IMG/VR virus record: IMGVR_UViG_3300036786_000065
Span: 1-40,499 of that record
DNA length: 40,499 nt
Direction: 5' to 3' (one strand)
From: a virus
Lineage: Duplodnaviria; Caudoviricetes
The translations under genes and the position numbers were made by a program. Below the pieces are notes generated by a model. That model saw only the letters and a program-made list of their open reading frames with translations. It was not told where the DNA came from and did not search any database. Shown in pieces: positions 35,951 to 40,499 of this stretch (position 1 is its first letter; each line of letters opens with the position of its first letter).

Positions 35951-38740
35951 ATGCCCAGCGCCCTGCTCCCCACCATCACGCTCACCGTCGCCGGCACCAC
36001 GTTTGACCGCGTGGCCGGCCAGGTCGCGCTCGAGCGGCTCATGTCGTTCTCACGCGACGGCGGCACGCCCACGCTCGACTGGTCGATCCTGGGCGGCGCG
36101 ATGCAGCCCGGCACCGACCCGTTCCGGGGCAAGACGATCCAACTCACGATCGACATCGGCGGCGGCCCCGTCACCGTGTTCGCCGGCGACTGCCGCAAGC
36201 GACCGGTGAACTACACCCGGGACGGCGGCTGGCACCGGCGGTACACGGCCCTCGGCCTCCGCGACCGCATGGACCGCGTCGCGTTCACGGGCGACGACAG
36301 CACGGACACGTCTTACTTCAATTTGGACCCGCAAGACCGCAACTACAACGCGGCCCGCGCCGGCCGGACGGTGGGCGAGATCCTCCGCCAGTGCCTCGAC
36401 AACTCGGCCAACGCGGCCGCGCTGATTTCCCTGGGAATCGGCGGCTACACGTCGAGCGGATCGGGCGCCACGGCGACGGCGACGCTCTCCGGCTCCTCGG
36501 TCGGCACGGTCGTGGTGGCCACGGGGGGCACCGGCTACACGTCGGCCCCGACCGTGATCCTGCGGGGCGGAGGCGGCTACGGGGCGAAGGCCACGGCCAC
36601 CGTCGTCGCCGGCGTCGTCACGGCGATCGCCGTCACCACGGGCGGCCACGGCTACGCGACGGCGCCCGAGGTCTGGATCTCGTCGCTGCCCGCCGACACG
36701 CTGAACGACCTGGCCGCGCTCACCACGATCTATCCCGCGCCGGTGCGGATCGGTGGCGAGCGGCTGGGCTCGGCCATCGAGAGCGCGCTCAAGGAGCTGG
36801 CCCCGAACTCGTGGATGCACGTCGACCACGGCACCACGCACCTGCGGTTCTTCGACCTGAGGGGCCTGGGCCGGCCCTACGCCGCGTTCATCGACACGCC
36901 GGGGACCGGCGCGAAGGCCGAGGCCACCGTGGTGGCGGGCGTGATCACGGCCTGGTCGGTCACCTCGGGCGGGGCGGGTTACGACAGCGCCCACCCCCCG
37001 GCCGTGCTGATCCTCGACTCCAGCGGCTCCGGGGCACTCGCGACGGCGACCGTCGTCTCGGGAGCAGTCACAGCGGTGACCGTCACGGCCGGCGGCACGG
37101 GGTATTCCCAGCCCGTCACGCTCACGATGGGCACCGACCCGATCGACGTGGCGGGCGTGGATTACGCCACCGCCGACGATGCCTGCTTCCAGCGGGTGAT
37201 CGTGCGCGGGGCGGAGCTCATCACGGGGCTTTACTTCGACGACGCGGTGCCGCCCGGCGGCACCACGGGCGACAACGGCCTCACCCACCTCTACGCGCAC
37301 GACGGCCTCACCCTCGCCCAGGCGCTCGCGCGGTGGAAGCTGGGCGACTGGACCAACCCGCTGGTCGACGGCGGCCAGGCGTCGGCGGCGGCGGCGATCA
37401 ACACGACCACCCACGCCGTGTCGTCGCTCACCCTGGGCAACAGCGGCTACGGCTACACGAGCACGCCCGCCGTGCGGATCACGGGCGGCGGCGGCACCGG
37501 GGCCACGGGCCACGTCACGATGGCCGGCGGCGCGGTGGCCACGATCGTGCTCGACCTCGTGGGCACGGGCTACACCAACGCGCCCACGGTCACGATCGAC
37601 AGCCCCACCGGCGCGGGCGGCGACGCGGGCACCTGCGCCTGCCCCTCGACCACCCAGATCGTGGTCACCAGCTCCGAGCCGGGCAAGACCTGGCCGGCCA
37701 ACTACTGGGACCAATCGGCCACCGGCCGCAAGGGCGAGGTCGTGGTCTCGATCCAGCTCACCACGGGCATCACCTCGAAGGTCCGCCTGCCGGTCCTCAC
37801 CAACACGTCGCTCGCGGCCGGCGGCACGTCCACGCTCAACCTGGGGGGCGCCCTGCCCGCCACCACCTACACGAGCTACACCCTGATCGGCACGGCCGGC
37901 GGCGCCAGCAACGTCTACCGGCATTTCGGCCTGTCCAACACCGACATGGCCCCGAAGCTGCGGCGCAAGTTCCCCCGGCCCACGCTCTGGCACAACAGCG
38001 ACGGCTCCTACGACCAGCTCGTCAACTTTCCCGTGGCCAGCGTCCTGTTCTCGGCCAACGGCCTGCCGCCCTACGCCGAGCTGCCGATCGGGATCACGAT
38101 CGACACGACCACGTCCACGTTCCTGACCGATCAGCCGGTGGTCTGCCTGTTCGGCAACCCCGCGAACCTGCGAGCCGGCGGCGCGGCCGTCGACGGCATC
38201 GGCATCGTCCGCGCCCTGCTCCCGATCGCGACGGGCCAACTGCAAAGTATCTGGCCGCCCAACTCGGGCGGCTCGCCGGTCTACGGCGGCACCTCGCACG
38301 CGATCGACGGCCTCACCGACACCCTGACGGTCACGATCCCCTCGTGGCGCGACGACAATTCGACCAACAACATGCTGGGCTACGCGGCCGACCTGTTCGA
38401 CACCGTCTCCGACGTGGCGCAGGAGCTGACCGTGCCCTGGCTCGGCATCAACCTGGCCGTGCTGGTGCCGGGCCTGGCCGTGAACCTGACGGGCCACGGC
38501 TACACCACGGGCCTGGAAGCGGCGAAGCTCCCCGTGCTCCACGGCGAGCTGGCGTTCAAGCGGAACACGCCCCGGTTCACCACGGTCCTGAAAGCTTCAT
38601 CGCGCCGCGCCCACCACGCCGCCGCGCAGTACGAGCACCCGCCGGCCACCGGCTTGCAGCTCGGGTTCGCGATGGGATCGGGTGAAGGGTTCGTGGGCGG
38701 CCTGGGCTTCGATGTTACGGGTGACCTTAACGCGGTTTAA
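35951..38740 (+). CDS. Large tail tip/baseplate protein with GGxGYxxxPxV modules
   Basis: 929 aa after tape measure; repeated GTGYTSAPTV-like units. Confidence 0.75.
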   Translation: MPSALLPTITLTVAGTTFDRVAGQVALERLMSFSRDGGTPTLDWSILGGAMQPGTDPFRGKTIQLTIDIGGGPVTVFAGDCRKRPVNYTRDGGWHRRYTALGLRDRMDRVAFTGDDSTDTSYFNLDPQDRNYNAARAGRTVGEILRQCLDNSANAAALISLGIGGYTSSGSGATATATLSGSSVGTVVVATGGTGYTSAPTVILRGGGGYGAKATATVVAGVVTAIAVTTGGHGYATAPEVWISSLPADTLNDLAALTTIYPAPVRIGGERLGSAIESALKELAPNSWMHVDHGTTHLRFFDLRGLGRPYAAFIDTPGTGAKAEATVVAGVITAWSVTSGGAGYDSAHPPAVLILDSSGSGALATATVVSGAVTAVTVTAGGTGYSQPVTLTMGTDPIDVAGVDYATADDACFQRVIVRGAELITGLYFDDAVPPGGTTGDNGLTHLYAHDGLTLAQALARWKLGDWTNPLVDGGQASAAAAINTTTHAVSSLTLGNSGYGYTSTPAVRITGGGGTGATGHVTMAGGAVATIVLDLVGTGYTNAPTVTIDSPTGAGGDAGTCACPSTTQIVVTSSEPGKTWPANYWDQSATGRKGEVVVSIQLTTGITSKVRLPVLTNTSLAAGGTSTLNLGGALPATTYTSYTLIGTAGGASNVYRHFGLSNTDMAPKLRRKFPRPTLWHNSDGSYDQLVNFPVASVLFSANGLPPYAELPIGITIDTTTSTFLTDQPVVCLFGNPANLRAGGAAVDGIGIVRALLPIATGQLQSIWPPNSGGSPVYGGTSHAIDGLTDTLTVTIPSWRDDNSTNNMLGYAADLFDTVSDVAQELTVPWLGINLAVLVPGLAVNLTGHGYTTGLEAAKLPVLHGELAFKRNTPRFTTVLKASSRRAHHAAAQYEHPPATGLQLGFAMGSGEGFVGGLGFDVTGDLNAV

Positions 38741-38885
38741 CCGCCAAGACGCCAGGACGCCAAGGAAGAGAAGACAAGAGAAGAGAAGCCGAGAAGCAAT
38801 CGAATAGCCATTTCTTGATATTTGCTCTTCTTCTCTTCTTCTTGTCTTGTCTTCTCTTCCTTGGCGTCCTGGCGTCTTGGCGGTT
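38739..38885. repeat. Intergenic hairpin element, family B
   Basis: 41-bp perfect inverted arms (38739-38779 / 38845-38885) overlapping the TAA stop. Confidence 0.93.
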
Positions 38886-38908
38886 CAAGCTCTTCTTCGG
38901 GGACGGCG

Positions 38909-39049
38909 ATGTCTGACCAGGACCGCAACGACCTCCGCAACGCCGAACGCGCGATCTATGGCCTGCAGGAGCGGATCGCGACGCTGGAGGACCTCCTCCG
39001 TGAGGTCCTCGAGCGTATCCGCGTCCTGAACGCCCCGGGGCAAGGGTGA
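38909..39049 (+). CDS. 46-aa coiled-coil protein
   Basis: LQERIATLEDLL heptads; similar to the N-terminus of the next protein. Confidence 0.55.
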   Translation: MSDQDRNDLRNAERAIYGLQERIATLEDLLREVLERIRVLNAPGQG

Positions 39050-39052
39050 CCC

Positions 39053-40499
39053 ATGCACCAGGACACGCTCGATCTCCGCGCCCTGGAGTGGCGAATCCGC
39101 GGCCTGCAAGAGCAGGTCGCGTCCGTCGAGGATGGCGCGCGGGGATTGCTCGAAGGCATCGGCCGGCAGAACCTGCTCGCGGCCGCGGCCTCATCCTCGT
39201 CCCGCGAGTGCGACAGCCAGGTCTCGGTCATCGTCACGGGCTGCGAGGGCCTGCCGATCTGGGGCGCTCACGTCACGGCCATCTCGCCGGCCACGGGCGA
39301 AATCATCGTCGACGGGTACACCGACTCCACTGGCCTGGCCGTGGTCTGCGGGTTCGCCTCCGAGGGGGGCATCCTGCTCGACGTCGCGGCCGTCCATTAC
39401 GCCCCGTTCACCACGGTGATTTCCCTACCGCGAGCGCCCGGGGCGGGCACGGTGGGCGTGGCGCTCACGGCCGGCCAAGGCTATGCCGAGCCCCCGCTCG
39501 TGACCTTCAGCGCGTCCCCCGGCGGACGCACGGCCGCGGGCTACGCGCGACTCCAGGCCAATGGTTTGCTCCAGGACGTGGTGATCACCGACGCCGGCAC
39601 GGGCTATGGCGTCACGGCCCCCACGGTCACGTTCACCGACGCCGGCACCGGCACCACCGGCGGCGCGTCGGCCTATGCGATCCTCGGCGGCTCGGGCGTG
39701 TTCGGCCGGCCGGCCACCGGCACGGTCACGATGGACGCCAACGGCCAGATCGCGAGCTTCACGCTCTCCGACGGAGGAGCCGGCTACCGGTTCCCGCCGG
39801 TCGTCAACGTCGTCACGGGCCCGCTGGTCGATCCCTACCGCGTGCCGGTGGTGCGCGCGACGGCGGCCGGCGGCGCGGTGACCGGGTTCGTCGCGCTCGA
39901 CCCCGGCGCGGGCGTGGGGGCGAGCTCGACCCTGGCCCTGTCGATTTCCCTGCCGGGCGGTGCCCCCGGCGCGTCATCGCCGGCCGGCGCGGTGGCGGCC
40001 GTGGTGGTGACCGACCCGGGGCGGACCTATGCGTGCGTCGGCGACTGCGGCGCGGTGATTTACGATGGGATCTTGACCGATCCCTCGGGCGCGACGGGCC
40101 GGGTCGCGTTGAGCGGCTCGGCGCTGATGCTCTTCGCGACCGGCACGGTGGCCAAGGATTGGGCCGGGGGACAGTACGGTTGCAACGGGCTCGCGCTGGC
40201 CACGACGACGGCTCAATATGGGGTCGTGTACATGGTCTCCGCCCAGACCGGCAACGCGACGGCGACCGCGAACCGCACGGGGAGCCAGGTCACGAGCTGC
40301 ACGGTCGGCGCTCCCGGATTCGGCTACTTCACGGGCGCGCCGCCCTCCGTGGTGATCGACCCGCCCACCGGGCCCAGCCCCGTCCAGGCCCTCGCCCACG
40401 CCACGATCGACCCCTCCACCGGGGCCGTCACGGGGATCGTGATGGACAATGTGGGCAATGGCTATGCGGTGACTCCCCTGGTCCACATCGGGGTTTCCC
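39053..40499 (+). CDS. Tail fibre/receptor-binding-like protein (about 563 aa, continues at 152-396)
   Basis: Open frame from ATG 39053 to contig end; GQGYAEPP, GTGYGVTAPTV, GAGYRFPPVV modules. Confidence 0.8.
   Translation, partial: MHQDTLDLRALEWRIRGLQEQVASVEDGARGLLEGIGRQNLLAAAASSSSRECDSQVSVIVTGCEGLPIWGAHVTAISPATGEIIVDGYTDSTGLAVVCGFASEGGILLDVAAVHYAPFTTVISLPRAPGAGTVGVALTAGQGYAEPPLVTFSASPGGRTAAGYARLQANGLLQDVVITDAGTGYGVTAPTVTFTDAGTGTTGGASAYAILGGSGVFGRPATGTVTMDANGQIASFTLSDGGAGYRFPPVVNVVTGPLVDPYRVPVVRATAAGGAVTGFVALDPGAGVGASSTLALSISLPGGAPGASSPAGAVAAVVVTDPGRTYACVGDCGAVIYDGILTDPSGATGRVALSGSALMLFATGTVAKDWAGGQYGCNGLALATTTAQYGVVYMVSAQTGNATATANRTGSQVTSCTVGAPGFGYFTGAPPSVVIDPPTGPSPVQALAHATIDPSTGAVTGIVMDNVGNGYAVTPLVHIGVS
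40349..40499. repeat. Terminal direct repeat (circular overlap), copy 2
   Basis: Matches 1-151 with one mismatch. Confidence 0.95.

Noticed and set aside
36050-38685. Long alternative-frame and antisense ORFs (e.g. 830 aa, 764 aa, and similar over portal, terL and tape measure)
   Set aside because: Shadow ORFs expected in high-GC coding DNA; Arg/Gly/Pro-rich and without motifs

Overview
The window is an apparently complete, circular (about 40.35 kb; 151-bp terminal overlap with one mismatch), GC-rich temperate siphovirus-like genome. The host may be a planctomycete, but that is an inference from protein and intergenic style only. It has a head and tail morphogenesis module (TerS, TerL, portal, scaffold, major capsid, accessory head proteins, adaptor, tail terminator, tail tube, tape measure, two Gly/Thr-rich tail proteins, one spanning the contig junction). 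It also has a divergent early switch, a replication initiator with internal iterons, a DNA methyltransferase and a vWA-containing accessory operon. It carries both integration functions (tyrosine integrase next to an intact tRNA-Ala(CGC) attP) and plasmid-maintenance functions (ParA, ParB, two parS-like palindromes, a serine resolvase with a res-like site). The most unusual signal is ten long intergenic hairpins built from inverted arrays of 7-mer or 8/9-mer tandem repeats. They usually sit right at stop codons and share family-specific loop motifs. There is also a set of structured leader RNA candidates, including a two-copy conserved motif. No lysis genes or tail assembly chaperone were recognised. 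All product calls come from motif reading and synteny, not database searches.
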